Shown: positions 33,945-45,409, counted from the first letter of the stretch. The stretch is DNA of 64,000 nucleotides from Peptococcaceae bacterium SCADC1_2_3 (GCA_000681355.2 JJNX02000004.1:757-64756), one strand, 5' to 3'. Numbers and translations are program-made. The notes: generated by a model from the letters alone, not told the origin.

Positions 33945-35159
33945 ATGAAAAAAAGCGAAGAAAAAAAAGAAAAAATAAATGGGAAGTCAGGCTTACCTTA
34001 TAATACTTCAAATAAAAATTTAAAACTAAAAGCAAATCTGATTAATTTCTTAATATATTTTGCCATTGAAACATCCATTCTTTTTATTCCCTTGCTGGCG
34101 GTTGAGTTAGGGGCCTCAAATTTTTTGGTTGGGGTGAATGGGGCGGCTTACGGAGTAGCCTTTTTAATTTCCTCCCTTATTTTTGGCCGAAAATCAGATA
34201 CCCGTGGCCGGGTTATTTATATTCAATTAGGGTTAGGTATAGGCAGCGTGGCTTATTTAACCCAACTTCTTGCCTTTAACCTGGCCATTTTAATTGTGGT
34301 AAGAGCATTTGTTGGGTTTGCTCTAGGTATTTCAACGGCTGCATTAGTTGCCTATATTTATGAATCACAAGGGAATATGGGTAAGTTTAGTTCTAATGGT
34401 TCTTTGGGTTGGATTGCCGGCGCGCTTACGTGCGCCATATTAAAAGAATACCACTACCTATTTCTCATTAGTGCGGCTTTATCATTATTTGCCTTTGTAA
34501 TCTCCTTGGGTTTAAAAGAAGCGCCGGGCACAAAAAAACACATACCTCCTAATTTGTGGAGGGTAACCCAAAAAAATTTCCGGGTTTACCTGGCTGTTTT
34601 TCTCCGTCACCTGGGGGCGGCTTCCGTCTGGGTTATTTTACCTTTATTTATGGCCTCCTTAGGCGCCGATAAAACCTGGATTGCTATTCTCTGGAGTATC
34701 AATTTTGGCGTGCAGTTTATTACCATGCGTTACGTAGATAGGTTTCCAGCCTCCACTATATTTATGTGGGGTCAGGTATTATCCGTGTTGGTTTTTCTGG
34801 GCTATGGTTTTTCAGCTTACTTTTTTCATGGGTTTACCCAGTTGATAATTGTGCAGGCTATCTTGGGATTCTCCTGGTCATTTCTTTACGTGGGAGCACT
34901 TCTTATGGTACTTAAAAAGGGGGAGGAAAAAGGAACCGCCAGCGGGATTTTCAACGCTACTTTAAACCTTTGTAACGCCGTAGGCCCCTTTCTTGGTGGG
35001 GCCATAACCCAAGTATGGTCTTTTCAAGGGGCAATGTTTTTTGCGGCCGGTACCGGTTTAATTGGACTTTTAACCAACCTATGGCCGCAAATGGCTGTCC
35101 AGGAAGAAAAGGGGCCTCAAAAAGCACCTTCTTTTTCCGGCAGTAAGGCCCGGCCCTGA
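33945..35159 (+). CDS. MFS transporter
   Basis: 404 aa with about 12 TM segments and GRKSDTRGR (MFS loop 2-3 motif). Confidence 0.85.
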   Translation: MKKSEEKKEKINGKSGLPYNTSNKNLKLKANLINFLIYFAIETSILFIPLLAVELGASNFLVGVNGAAYGVAFLISSLIFGRKSDTRGRVIYIQLGLGIGSVAYLTQLLAFNLAILIVVRAFVGFALGISTAALVAYIYESQGNMGKFSSNGSLGWIAGALTCAILKEYHYLFLISAALSLFAFVISLGLKEAPGTKKHIPPNLWRVTQKNFRVYLAVFLRHLGAASVWVILPLFMASLGADKTWIAILWSINFGVQFITMRYVDRFPASTIFMWGQVLSVLVFLGYGFSAYFFHGFTQLIIVQAILGFSWSFLYVGALLMVLKKGEEKGTASGIFNATLNLCNAVGPFLGGAITQVWSFQGAMFFAAGTGLIGLLTNLWPQMAVQEEKGPQKAPSFSGSKARP

Positions 35160-35218
35160 TCCTATTTACTAATTAAAAAAGTAATGATAAATTTAAAAGG
35201 CAAAGATAACTAAAAGGA

Positions 35219-36478
35219 GTGATTTATTTGCTTCAACTGGTCGACGTGGGAAAACAAGCTATTGAGGCTTACCTCAACATTGTAGGCAAGGAAGCGGTCG
35301 CGGAACTTAAGGAACTGGCCAGGCCCCTTGCGGGCTTGCGTCTGGCCCACATTAACGCTACTCCTTATGGAGGAGGGGTTTCGGAACTTTTGCGTTCCAT
35401 AGTACCGCTAGAACAAAACTTAGGCATTAGGGCCGAATGGCGGGTTATTTCTGGCGACGAGAAATTTTTTAACGTTACAAAACGTTTTCACAACGCCCTT
35501 CAGGGGCAGGTATGCCCTTTTACCAAAGAAGAAGAGGAAACATACCTGGTCTACAATATTCGTAACGCCAGACTTTTAGAAGATGAATATGACGCTATTA
35601 TTATTCATGACCCCCAACCCGCTGCTCTGCGGGCTTTTTGCAAAACCTTCTACCCCCATAAAAACATGAACACAAAATGGATTTGGCGCTGTCACATTGA
35701 CACCTCTCAACCATGTCCAGACTACTGGCGCTTTTTAAGGGACTATATTGCTGACTATGATGCGGTTATTTTTACTATGGCAGATTTTGTCCCACCGGAC
35801 TTTAAGCACCAAAATATTGTCTTTATTCCTCCGGCTATTGACCCGTTAAGCCCTAAAAACCTGCCTCTTTCCGATGACCTGGCCCAAAATATCCTGGACT
35901 GGATAGGAATATACCCTGAGGAGCCATTTATCACGCAAATATCGCGTTTTGATCCCTGGAAGGATCCTTTTGGGGTTATTGAGGTCTACCGCTTGGTGCA
36001 AAAGGAGTTTCCGCACATTCATTTGGCTTTGGTTGGTTCTATGGCCCTTGATGATCCTGAAGGATGGGAAATTTACGAAAAAATAATGGTTGAAGACTCA
36101 AAAGACCCCTACATACATGTATTTACTAACCTTATTGGGGTAAGCAATATTGAAGTAAATGCCTTTCAACATTTAGCCCAGGTGGTCATTCAAAAGTCTA
36201 TCCGGGAAGGATTTGGGCTGGTGGTTTCCGAATCACTTTGGAAAGGAACGCCGGTAGTAGCCGGTAAAACAGGGGGTATTCCCATGCAATTGCAAGACGG
36301 CGGGGGTTTTTTAGTCACCAGCATCCAGGAGTGTGCCGAGCGGGTTATTTACTTGCTTTCCAACCCTGAAGAAGCAAAATTCATCGGTCAACAGGGCAAA
36401 GAAGGGGTAAGAAAAAAATTTTTAATTACCCGTCTGCTGCGTGACGAACTACGCTGTCTTTTGTCTTTGACCGGTTAG
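35219..36478 (+). CDS. treT: GT4-family glycosyltransferase, TreT-like (trehalose synthase)
   Basis: [34 protein letters not shown] and [10 protein letters not shown] resemble TreT as I remember it. A TTG at 35228 is an alternative start. Confidence 0.5.
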   Translation: MIYLLQLVDVGKQAIEAYLNIVGKEAVAELKELARPLAGLRLAHINATPYGGGVSELLRSIVPLEQNLGIRAEWRVISGDEKFFNVTKRFHNALQGQVCPFTKEEEETYLVYNIRNARLLEDEYDAIIIHDPQPAALRAFCKTFYPHKNMNTKWIWRCHIDTSQPCPDYWRFLRDYIADYDAVIFTMADFVPPDFKHQNIVFIPPAIDPLSPKNLPLSDDLAQNILDWIGIYPEEPFITQISRFDPWKDPFGVIEVYRLVQKEFPHIHLALVGSMALDDPEGWEIYEKIMVEDSKDPYIHVFTNLIGVSNIEVNAFQHLAQVVIQKSIREGFGLVVSESLWKGTPVVAGKTGGIPMQLQDGGGFLVTSIQECAERVIYLLSNPEEAKFIGQQGKEGVRKKFLITRLLRDELRCLLSLTG

Positions 36479-36553
36479 AGGGAAGCTTTAGGAAACAGGC
36501 CGAAGGGGCAGGGAAACAGGTTTTAATTCCTATAAAAATCCAGGGAGTTTTTT

Positions 36554-37738
36554 ATGGTCACTTTGTTTATTTTCTCTCTTGACAATGCTTTTAGAAAAAA
36601 ATCCGCGTCCCTAATTGCCATTTTAGGCGTAACCCTTGGTTGTGCCTTAATGATTTTTATTTTATCCTTATCACAAGGCATAAACAAAAAGGTAGAAAAA
36701 ACATTTAACGCACTTGCTTCCACGATTATTATTTCCCCCAAAGATGCTTTTTTTGGCGGCCTTTTTTTGGGCGGGGGAACGCCACTGCCAAAAAGTTATA
36801 TAGCGGAATTAAAAAGAATTCCTTATTTGAAGAGTGCTTACACCCAGGTTTCCGCCCTTATACGCTCTCAGATTTTTAAAGAAGATTTAAACATAATTTT
36901 ACCCATAGTTGGTTATGAAACGCAGGAAAATAACGTAATTCTAGACAACATTATTGAAGGAAGAAAACCTTTGGCAGAAAATGAAATTGTTGTGGGCCGG
37001 AGACTTAAAGATTCTTTAAATTTTTTAAAAGTAAACCTTAAATACAACCAGTCCTACCAAATGATTAATCCGCAAGACAAAAGAGGAATTATCAGGTTTA
37101 AAATTGTGGGGACCTTTGAGACCGGCAGCGAATTGGTTGATACAACCTTTTACGGCCCGGCAAATTTGGTTAGAAAATTTGCCCTCATGCCGCAAGACAA
37201 GGTATCCAGCATTAATGTAGTGGTTATTGACCTTAAAAAGGTTGACCAGGTTTCGAAAAGCATAGAAAGAGCCTTAAAAAACAAAAACCCGCCCGTGCAG
37301 GTGGTTGTTCCCATAAATATCCTTAATCCTCTTTTAGACACTTTAAAGGTCTTTAATTATTTTTTATATACCATAGTCGCCGCCGCAGCCTTGGCCGGTG
37401 GTCTTTTTATTCTAATAATCATGCTGGCTTCTGTTACCGAAAGAAAAAGGGAATTTGGGGTATTAAAAGCCATTGGCTGGAGTTCCGGTAACATTATCTT
37501 CTTGGTAATGCTAGAGTCTTTAATTTTATGCTTTTTGGGCACTTTTCTAGGGGTTGCTTTGGGATACGGAGGGATAACCCTGGTTCAAAACCTCATTTTT
37601 AAAGAAATTTTAAGCTTAAACGGGCACACGGTAGTTTATACCGGGTTTTTTGGGGTCTTTTTGGGTGTGATGGGAGGCATTTATCCTGCCTGGCGGGCCC
37701 AAAAGGTAAGCCCGGTGGAGATTTTACGCCAGGTTTAA
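36554..37738 (+). CDS. ABC transporter permease (FtsX/MacB-like)
   Basis: 394 aa with an N-terminal TM segment, a large extracytoplasmic domain and a C-terminal FtsX-type three-TM bundle. Confidence 0.85.
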   Translation: MVTLFIFSLDNAFRKKSASLIAILGVTLGCALMIFILSLSQGINKKVEKTFNALASTIIISPKDAFFGGLFLGGGTPLPKSYIAELKRIPYLKSAYTQVSALIRSQIFKEDLNIILPIVGYETQENNVILDNIIEGRKPLAENEIVVGRRLKDSLNFLKVNLKYNQSYQMINPQDKRGIIRFKIVGTFETGSELVDTTFYGPANLVRKFALMPQDKVSSINVVVIDLKKVDQVSKSIERALKNKNPPVQVVVPINILNPLLDTLKVFNYFLYTIVAAAALAGGLFILIIMLASVTERKREFGVLKAIGWSSGNIIFLVMLESLILCFLGTFLGVALGYGGITLVQNLIFKEILSLNGHTVVYTGFFGVFLGVMGGIYPAWRAQKVSPVEILRQV

Positions 37739-37760
37739 TAAACTACGGGGTGGAAAAAAC

Positions 37761-38429
37761 ATTCAAGAAACATTAACCTTAATAAGGGTAGAAAACTTAA
37801 CTAAAATATATCAGCAGGGCCGCTTTGCCGTAAAAATTTTAGAAAATTTTAACCTGGAAGTAAAAAGGGGTGAGTTTTTGGCGGTGGTAGGGCCATCGGG
37901 ATGCGGTAAAACCACCCTTTTAAACCTGATGGGGGCCCTGGATAAGCCCACCGCGGGAAAAATCTTTCTTGAGGGCAAAGACATAACCGGCATTCCTGAA
38001 ACCAGCCTTTATAAAATAAGAAGGGAAAAGGTGGGGTTTATTTTTCAAGCCTATCATTTAATTCCCACTTTAAACGTCATGCAAAACGTACTGGTTCCTG
38101 CCCTGCCGCTGAAGGCAAAAAACAAACACTATCCGGACAGGGCAAAAGAGCTTTTAAAAATGGTAGGGCTGGACGGTAAAGAAAAACGCAGACCGGGTGA
38201 GCTTTCCGGTGGCGAACAGCAAAGGGTGGCCATTGCCAGAGCTTTAATTTTAGACCCCGTATTAATTTTAGCCGATGAACCCACCGGAAATTTAGACCTG
38301 AAAACCGGGCGAAAAATTTTTGCCCTGCTTAAAGAACTAAACCTGACCGGAGAAAAAACAGTCATAACCGCCACTCACGACCAAAAAATTAAGGAGCTTT
38401 GCGGCAGGGTAATTTTCCTTAAGGGCTAA
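37761..38429 (+). CDS. ABC transporter ATP-binding protein (MacB/LolD type) with a probable ATT start
   Basis: GPSGCGKTT Walker A, LSGGEQQRVAIARAL signature and ILADEPTGNLD Walker B. The conserved LIRVENLTKIY strand lies upstream of the first ATG/GTG/TTG in this frame. Confidence 0.8.
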   Translation: MQETLTLIRVENLTKIYQQGRFAVKILENFNLEVKRGEFLAVVGPSGCGKTTLLNLMGALDKPTAGKIFLEGKDITGIPETSLYKIRREKVGFIFQAYHLIPTLNVMQNVLVPALPLKAKNKHYPDRAKELLKMVGLDGKEKRRPGELSGGEQQRVAIARALILDPVLILADEPTGNLDLKTGRKIFALLKELNLTGEKTVITATHDQKIKELCGRVIFLKG

Positions 38430-38488
38430 CCAGTGGGTGGCTAGCCTGGAACTTCTTGATAAAGGAAAAATCAAAACCCCCCTTTGCC

Positions 38489-39271
38489 TTACTCTCCTTT
38501 AAAATTTGGAGCTCTTTTTTCCTTAAAAGCATTTACCCCTTCCTTAAAATCTTCTGACTTAAGGCAAATGCTCTGACTGTACACTTCATAGGACAGGCCA
38601 GCTTTAATATCGGTATCCAGGCCTTTGTTTATGGCTTGTTTGGCCAGGCCAATGGCTATTGAAGGACCCTGGGCTAGTTTTTGAGCCAACTCCTGAGCGG
38701 CAGTAGTTAATTCTTCCGTCTTTACCACTTTATTTACCAGATTAATTTGTAAGGCCTCTTGGGCATTTACCATTTCACCGGTAAAAATAAGTTCCTTTGC
38801 TTTTCCCAGGCCAACAATACGCGGCAGCCTTTGTGTTCCCCCTAAATCAGGCACAAGACCAACCTTAATATATTGTTCGCTAAAAAGTGCTTTTTCCGAA
38901 GCTATTCTAATGTCACAAGCCAAGGCAAGATCACACCCGGCCCCCAAAGCAAAACCATTTACCGCCGCAATAACGGGTTTATCCATTTCTTCAAAACTGG
39001 AAAAGACGGCTTGTAATTCCTGGAGCTTTTGCCTAAAGGCCAGCGGGGCAAGAGATGTAATTTGGTGAATAAAAGTTAAATCAATGCCGGAGCAAAAAGC
39101 CCGGCCCGCACCGGTTATAATTACCGCTTTGATTGTTTCGTCCCCGGCAACCTCACGACTGGCCTGGGCAAGCTCTTCAAAAGTTTGTAAATCTAAAGCG
39201 TTTAAAACATCCGAACGATTAATGGTTATCGTGGCTACGCGGTTGTTTTTTTCTAATTTTACTTTTTCCAT
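38489..39271 (-). CDS. enoyl-CoA hydratase/isomerase (crotonase) family protein
   Basis: 260 aa with TGAGRAFCSGIDL and AAVNGFALGAGCDLALACDIRIA. Confidence 0.9.
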   Translation of the reverse strand: MEKVKLEKNNRVATITINRSDVLNALDLQTFEELAQASREVAGDETIKAVIITGAGRAFCSGIDLTFIHQITSLAPLAFRQKLQELQAVFSSFEEMDKPVIAAVNGFALGAGCDLALACDIRIASEKALFSEQYIKVGLVPDLGGTQRLPRIVGLGKAKELIFTGEMVNAQEALQINLVNKVVKTEELTTAAQELAQKLAQGPSIAIGLAKQAINKGLDTDIKAGLSYEVYSQSICLKSEDFKEGVNAFKEKRAPNFKGE

Positions 39272-39474
39272 AATATTGTTTTCCTCCCACTCTAATATTT
39301 ATAATCTATGCTTGCATAATCTTTAATAATTATAGCTAAATTTATGACTAAATTATACCTTAACCCTGAAAATTAGTAAACAGATTGAATTATTTTTTTT
39401 ATAATGCTATTATACCTAAGGAAAAAAATAACTGTCTAGCCCGGCTCAAAAAAGGCGGAGGTTTTAAATTTAAA

Positions 39475-40572
39475 ATGATTCGCATCCGGAGAGGCAAAGT
39501 TTTACGTTTGTTATCTTCTAGTCAAAATATAACTATCATAAAAGTAAAGGTAGACGGATTAGAAGAAAAAGCAATTAATTACAATTTATTAACTGGGGCG
39601 GTTAAACCTGACGATGAAGTAGTTTTAAATACCACCGCTGTGTATAAAGGGTTAGGCACCGGTGGGGTGCATTTTGTGATGGCCAACCTGGCCCAGAAAC
39701 AAAAAGAAACCGCCGAAGCAGGACATATCATGAAGACACGTTATACCCCTTGCCAGGTAAAAGTGTTAGCTATTGAAGAGCAAGAACATCCGGAAAATTA
39801 TTTATTCCGGCAAACACGCTCCTTAGCAGGAACACCGGTAGTAATTGGCAGTTTACACAGTATGCTGGCCCCGGTAGCCGCCGTCATTTACTATTTAACC
39901 CGCGGTCAGGCCAGGGTTGTTTACCTGATGACTGATGGAGCGGCATTACCCCTGGCCTTAAGCAACCTGGCTGCCGAACTAAAAGAAAAAAAGTTGATCG
40001 TCGCTACGGTTACTTGCGGGCAAGCCTTCGGGGGTGATTATGAAGCGGTTACTAAATACAGCGGATTGCTGGCGGCATTTGGAGTGGCAAAAGCAGACAT
40101 AATTGTTGCTGTTATGGGGCCAGGCAATACGGGAACAGCTTCAGAATTTGGTTTTACCGGGGTGGAACAAGGAGAATTGGTTAACGCGGTAAATATTTTA
40201 GGGGGTTGTCCCATAGCCACTCCCCGGATTAGTTTTGCCGATAACCGAATAAGGCATAAAGGAATAAGTCACCACACCCATACCGCTTTAGGCCGGATAG
40301 CTTTAAATCCTTGTGTAATTCCCGTGCCGGCGATGGAACCGGAAAAAGAAAAGTACGTCTGGCAGCAGATAAGGGAAAACAATTTAGAAGAAAAACACCG
40401 GGTGATAAAAATAGAAGCCGCCATGACGCTTAAAATAATGGAAAAGTATGGTTTAAAAGTAACCACGATGGGCAGGAGTATAGACCAGGACCGTGAGTTT
40501 TTTATGGCGGCCGGAGCAGCGGGAATCTATGCGGCCCAGCAATACTTGAAAGAAAGCAAGGCGAAAAAATGA
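39475..40572 (+). CDS. DUF3866-like protein
   Basis: MIRIRRGKV, LNTTAVYKGLGTGGVHFVMANL. Start placed at the internal Met after GGCGGAGG. Family recalled from memory. Confidence 0.5.
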   Translation: MIRIRRGKVLRLLSSSQNITIIKVKVDGLEEKAINYNLLTGAVKPDDEVVLNTTAVYKGLGTGGVHFVMANLAQKQKETAEAGHIMKTRYTPCQVKVLAIEEQEHPENYLFRQTRSLAGTPVVIGSLHSMLAPVAAVIYYLTRGQARVVYLMTDGAALPLALSNLAAELKEKKLIVATVTCGQAFGGDYEAVTKYSGLLAAFGVAKADIIVAVMGPGNTGTASEFGFTGVEQGELVNAVNILGGCPIATPRISFADNRIRHKGISHHTHTALGRIALNPCVIPVPAMEPEKEKYVWQQIRENNLEEKHRVIKIEAAMTLKIMEKYGLKVTTMGRSIDQDREFFMAAGAAGIYAAQQYLKESKAKK

Positions 40573-41225
40573 GGGTAGCATTAACGGCTAATGCCAGCGG
40601 GGCGGTTTATGGCGCAGAGTTAGGCCATCTGGTTTTAGTTGTTGACGTATGTGATATGTCCACCAGTTTGGAAGCGGCCCTGGATGCCGGAGCCATAGCC
40701 GTTTTTGGCGCCAGCCCTGATGACGCCCGGCCCCCTGTGCCCGTTGACCCTTTTAATGTAGGGGTAAGGGCCGGCGAGTGCGCTCAAGAAGCAGCGAATA
40801 AAATTATTTTAATTGCCGAGCCAAGAACAGGACCGGCTGCAAAACGATGGGAACGAGTCCAAAGGGTTTGCCAGGGGATTGAATCTGCCGGAGCGAAAAT
40901 AGAAAAAATAATTCCTAATTTAGGTAAAGAAATAGTAAACCTGTGTTCCCTAAACAAACGGGTGGTAATTGCCGTAACAAATTCAGGCGGGGTGGCCTTT
41001 GACGCTGCCCTAACGGCTGGAGCGCCGGTTGTATGCACGGGAACAATTGCCCGAACCACCTTTAAAAAGGGAATCAAGCCGGCTCAGGCAGCCGCAGCGC
41101 GAGCCTTTGAGGCGGCGCAACAAATAAATGCAGGGATTACCGTAGTGGCGGCCAGCAGTAATTCATTAGAGGATGTTCTGGCGGCAGAGTATATTTATAA
41201 TCTTATCCTTCAAAAGGTAAAATAA
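40569..41225 (+). CDS. hypothetical protein, translationally coupled to the DUF3866 gene
   Basis: 218 aa. The ATGA start/stop overlaps the upstream gene. Ala/Gly-rich alpha/beta pattern (LVLVVDVCDMSTSLEAALDAGA), faintly ComB-phosphatase-like. Confidence 0.45.
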   Translation: MRVALTANASGAVYGAELGHLVLVVDVCDMSTSLEAALDAGAIAVFGASPDDARPPVPVDPFNVGVRAGECAQEAANKIILIAEPRTGPAAKRWERVQRVCQGIESAGAKIEKIIPNLGKEIVNLCSLNKRVVIAVTNSGGVAFDAALTAGAPVVCTGTIARTTFKKGIKPAQAAAARAFEAAQQINAGITVVAASSNSLEDVLAAEYIYNLILQKVK

Positions 41226-41504
41226 AGGAGAGAGGCAAAGAATTAGCTTGAAGGCGTTAACCGATGTACCGGTTAATCTTAGTGGCTTAATTATAAAAAC
41301 GTATATTATGATATTTATATCCTGGTATAATAATATTTTCCATGGGAAAAATAATATTAGGACTACAAATATTTGCACAGGATAGTATTAATAAAAAATT
41401 AACATAATTTTAAGTAAAAAAGAGGAAATGAAATATATTATGAGATATTCTTCCTAAAGGGGGCAGCAGAGGTTTTTTTGGTTCTTTAAAGTAGTTGCGT
41501 TTAT

Positions 41505-41534
41505 TTCCTATTGTTAAGTATGATTTAAAAGTTA
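41505..41534 (+). promoter_or_regulatory. sigmaA promoter of groESL
   Basis: TTGCGT, 18-nt spacer, TATGAT, immediately upstream of CIRCE. Confidence 0.5.
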
Positions 41535-41561
41535 TTAGCACTCAATTAAATAGAGTGCTAA
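41535..41561 (+). promoter_or_regulatory. CIRCE operator (HrcA binding site)
   Basis: Perfect TTAGCACTC-N9-GAGTGCTAA upstream of groES. Confidence 0.93.
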
Positions 41562-41617
41562 TAAAAAATAAAACCCAAGGTATTAAGTAAAAATTAAATT
41601 GTTAAGGAGGGATTGTA

Positions 41618-41905
41618 GTGATTAGACCATTGGGTGAACGAGTCGTGGTAAAAGCACTTCCCGGTGAAGAGGTTACCAAAGGGGGCATAGTGCTACCGGA
41701 TACCGCCAAAGAAAAACCACAAGAAGGTGAGGTTATAGCCGTAGGACCAGGAAGGTTACTGGATAACGGCACCCGGGTAACTATTGATTTGAAAGTAGGC
41801 GATAAAGTCTTGTTTTCAAAATACGCGGGCAACGAAGTTAAACTAGATGACGTAGAATATTTAATTATGCGGGAATCAGATATATTGGGTGTTATTGAAA
41901 AATAA
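41618..41905 (+). CDS. groES: co-chaperonin GroES
   Basis: 95 aa with [11 protein letters not shown] and [18 protein letters not shown]. Confidence 0.97.
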   Translation: MIRPLGERVVVKALPGEEVTKGGIVLPDTAKEKPQEGEVIAVGPGRLLDNGTRVTIDLKVGDKVLFSKYAGNEVKLDDVEYLIMRESDILGVIEK

Positions 41906-41916
41906 AAAGGGGGTAG

Positions 41917-43581
<1,665 letters not shown>

Positions 43582-43596
43582 AAATATAGAAGATAT

Positions 43597-43641
43597 AAAA
43601 ACCCTTGGGCTAGAAAAACCCAAGGGTTTTTGCTTTTTTTG
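43597..43641 (+). terminator. rho-independent terminator of groESL
   Basis: AAAACCCTTGGG / CCCAAGGGTTTT stem followed by TGCTTTTTTT. Confidence 0.85.
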
Positions 43642-43659
43642 TTTATAGATAAAATAATT

Positions 43660-43849
43660 GTAACTACTCAGGTTCAAAGGAGCAAAGGAGCAGAGGCACA
43701 AAGTTTTTTGCCAAACTTGCAGATCTCTAGTAGTAGGTAGTTGACAGTTTTTAGTTTACAGAAAAGGAAGTACCAATGTTGAGACTAAAAACTCAAAACT
43801 ATCCACTAAAAACTATCAATTAGACCTCTGTGCCTACCTAAGTAGTTAC
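43660..43849 (+). mobile_element. MITE-like element, copy D (long form)
   Basis: 190 bp, flanked by a perfect 8-bp direct repeat AAATAATT (43652-43659 and 43850-43857). Confidence 0.85.
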
Positions 43850-43928
43850 AAATAATTTACGTTTTATGTCTTTTGTTGTATTGAAATATTTCAGATATCG
43901 GGTTAAAATATAAATGTGTAAACGACTG

Positions 43929-44003
43929 GCTGGTGTAGCTCAGTGGTAGAGCAGCGCACTCGTAATGCGCAGGCCGTGGGTTCAAATCCCACCACCAGCT
44001 CCA
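43929..44003 (+). tRNA. tRNA-Thr (anticodon CGT)
   Basis: Cloverleaf: acceptor GCTGGTG/CACCAGC, anticodon stem GCGCA/TGCGC with loop CTCGTAA, T-arm GTGGG TTCAAAT CCCAC, encoded CCA. Confidence 0.93.
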
Positions 44004-44285
44004 ATAAATGCAGAAATGGCAAGGCTTTAAGGGTTGGAAGCCCTTGTTATATGGAACGCAAGTTAAAGACTATTATGAAGTGGGATAATGAGGCGCAGGT
44101 TTATGCAAATCGGAGCGGGATATTGGCGAACCGCTAAACCAGGCCAAGTTTAAAGCGATAAAACACTATGCTAATGAGAACGGATACAGCTTTGAGGTCT
44201 GGACTAATTGAACTATACTTCCCGCAATATTGAAAGAGGTAACCGCCAGCGGCGAAAAGCCGCCGCTTCCGAAAGGAGGATGAAC

Positions 44286-44624
44286 ATGGAACGCAGGTTT
44301 AAGGTTATTCTAGAGTGGGATGGCGAAGGGAAGGCTTATCATGTTTCTGTACCGGCATTGCCCGGTTGCTTTACTTATGGGAGTACTAGGGGGGAAGCAT
44401 TAACAAGAGTGCAAGAAGCTATACGAGGACATATCAAAGGGTTAATGGCAATCGGGGAGCCTGTACCGGGAAATGATATTGAGATTGGTTATTTTGCATA
44501 CGAAATTCCATCCATTGACGAATTACATCTTCAGGAACTAGAAGTATACGAGGACTACGCGGATAAAAGAAGTTGCCGAAGGCAATTTGGGCGAAACAGG
44601 ACGAAGCCTTTTATCCGCTGTTAG
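44286..44624 (+). CDS. HicB-like (UPF0150) antitoxin-family protein, no adjacent hicA
   Basis: FKVILEWDGEGKAYHVSVPALPGCFTYGSTRGEALTRVQEAI is typical of the HicB N-terminal domain. The C-terminal half is atypical. Confidence 0.6.
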   Translation: MERRFKVILEWDGEGKAYHVSVPALPGCFTYGSTRGEALTRVQEAIRGHIKGLMAIGEPVPGNDIEIGYFAYEIPSIDELHLQELEVYEDYADKRSCRRQFGRNRTKPFIRC

Positions 44625-44959
44625 ATGAAGTTGCTGCCTTTTTTATTTTCCGATAACTAAAACCTCTTCTAAATGATTATTGCTTAAAACATACTTGTAA
44701 TTATTTCGTTTTACTTCCTCTGCATTTGACTTATATTTTTTTAACAGAGTAACCAATTCATTGATGGCGCCGGTAAGTTTTGTCGTTAGGCCAAAACAAC
44801 ATCATTTTGTAAAACAGCCCGCTTGAAAAAGTCAGCCAGAATATGGAAATCAGTAACATATGCCTAAGGTATAACCACTCACTTTCCATGATGGAAAAGA
44901 GTGGTTTTCTCTACCCATCTTCTGACCGTGTGTTACCTAAAAGATAAAGAGAGCAATTA

Positions 44960-45409
44960 TTAACTTTCAGGGTGGCCGTCCTGAAAATCACCAACAAATT
45001 TTAAGCGGGGCGATTTTCCCTCTAACGCATTGCAAAGCCTTTTGTCTGCCGTCCAGAAATCGCAATCTTTAATTTCAGCCACGGCCAGGTATTGCATATC
45101 ATAGGTTCTCGGACGGTTGTGCTTTTTTGCCAGTTCCCAGGCCTTTCTTTGCATCCGGGTAGAATCCCGGATAATCTCCACGCCCATATCCAGGTACAGC
45201 GAAAAAGCTTCTTCACCTTCTTCAGGCAGAAGCTTTTGGTAATAAACTTGTTTACGTAGAACGGAAGTAACCTCGGCATTAAATAAGGGGGTACTGATCA
45301 ATTGTACGTTTTCAGTATCCCACTTCTTGCGCAAGGCGTTGGCTTGATTATTTAATTCGGCGGGTAAAAGCCACGTCAGGGCCAAACTGGCGTCAATACA
45401 AATCTTCAT
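44960..45409 (-). CDS. PIN-domain toxin (VapC-like)
   Basis: 149 aa. ICIDASLAL places an acidic residue at the start, and the conserved D in WTADKRL is typical of PIN. It overlaps the upstream antitoxin gene. Confidence 0.75.
   Translation of the reverse strand: MKICIDASLALTWLLPAELNNQANALRKKWDTENVQLISTPLFNAEVTSVLRKQVYYQKLLPEEGEEAFSLYLDMGVEIIRDSTRMQRKAWELAKKHNRPRTYDMQYLAVAEIKDCDFWTADKRLCNALEGKSPRLKFVGDFQDGHPES

Noticed and set aside
33566-33945. Strand switch from a long minus-strand block to plus-strand genes, considered as a possible replication origin
   Set aside because: No dnaA or dnaN and no clustered TTATCCACA boxes. The interval is mostly occupied by the MITE. A GC-skew calculation would be needed and cannot be done by eye.
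41427-41460. Mini-ORF MKYIMRYSS with an AAGAGGAA RBS upstream of groES
   Set aside because: No attenuator or terminator structure could be paired with it, and groESL is already explained by its promoter plus CIRCE. It is probably chance in AT-rich DNA.
43943-44137. 64-aa ORF overlapping tRNA-Thr, and the 76-aa ORF 57439..57669 overlapping tRNA-Arg
   Set aside because: Both are largely made of tRNA sequence. Only the non-tRNA tails might be gene fragments, and I could not assign them.
44640-44800. Minus-strand open frame ending LTTKLTGAINELVTLLKKYKSNAEEVKRNNYKYVLSNNHLEEVLVIGK
   Set aside because: It looks like the C-terminal scrap of some gene, but I cannot assign a family and there is no start codon. 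It is left unannotated.
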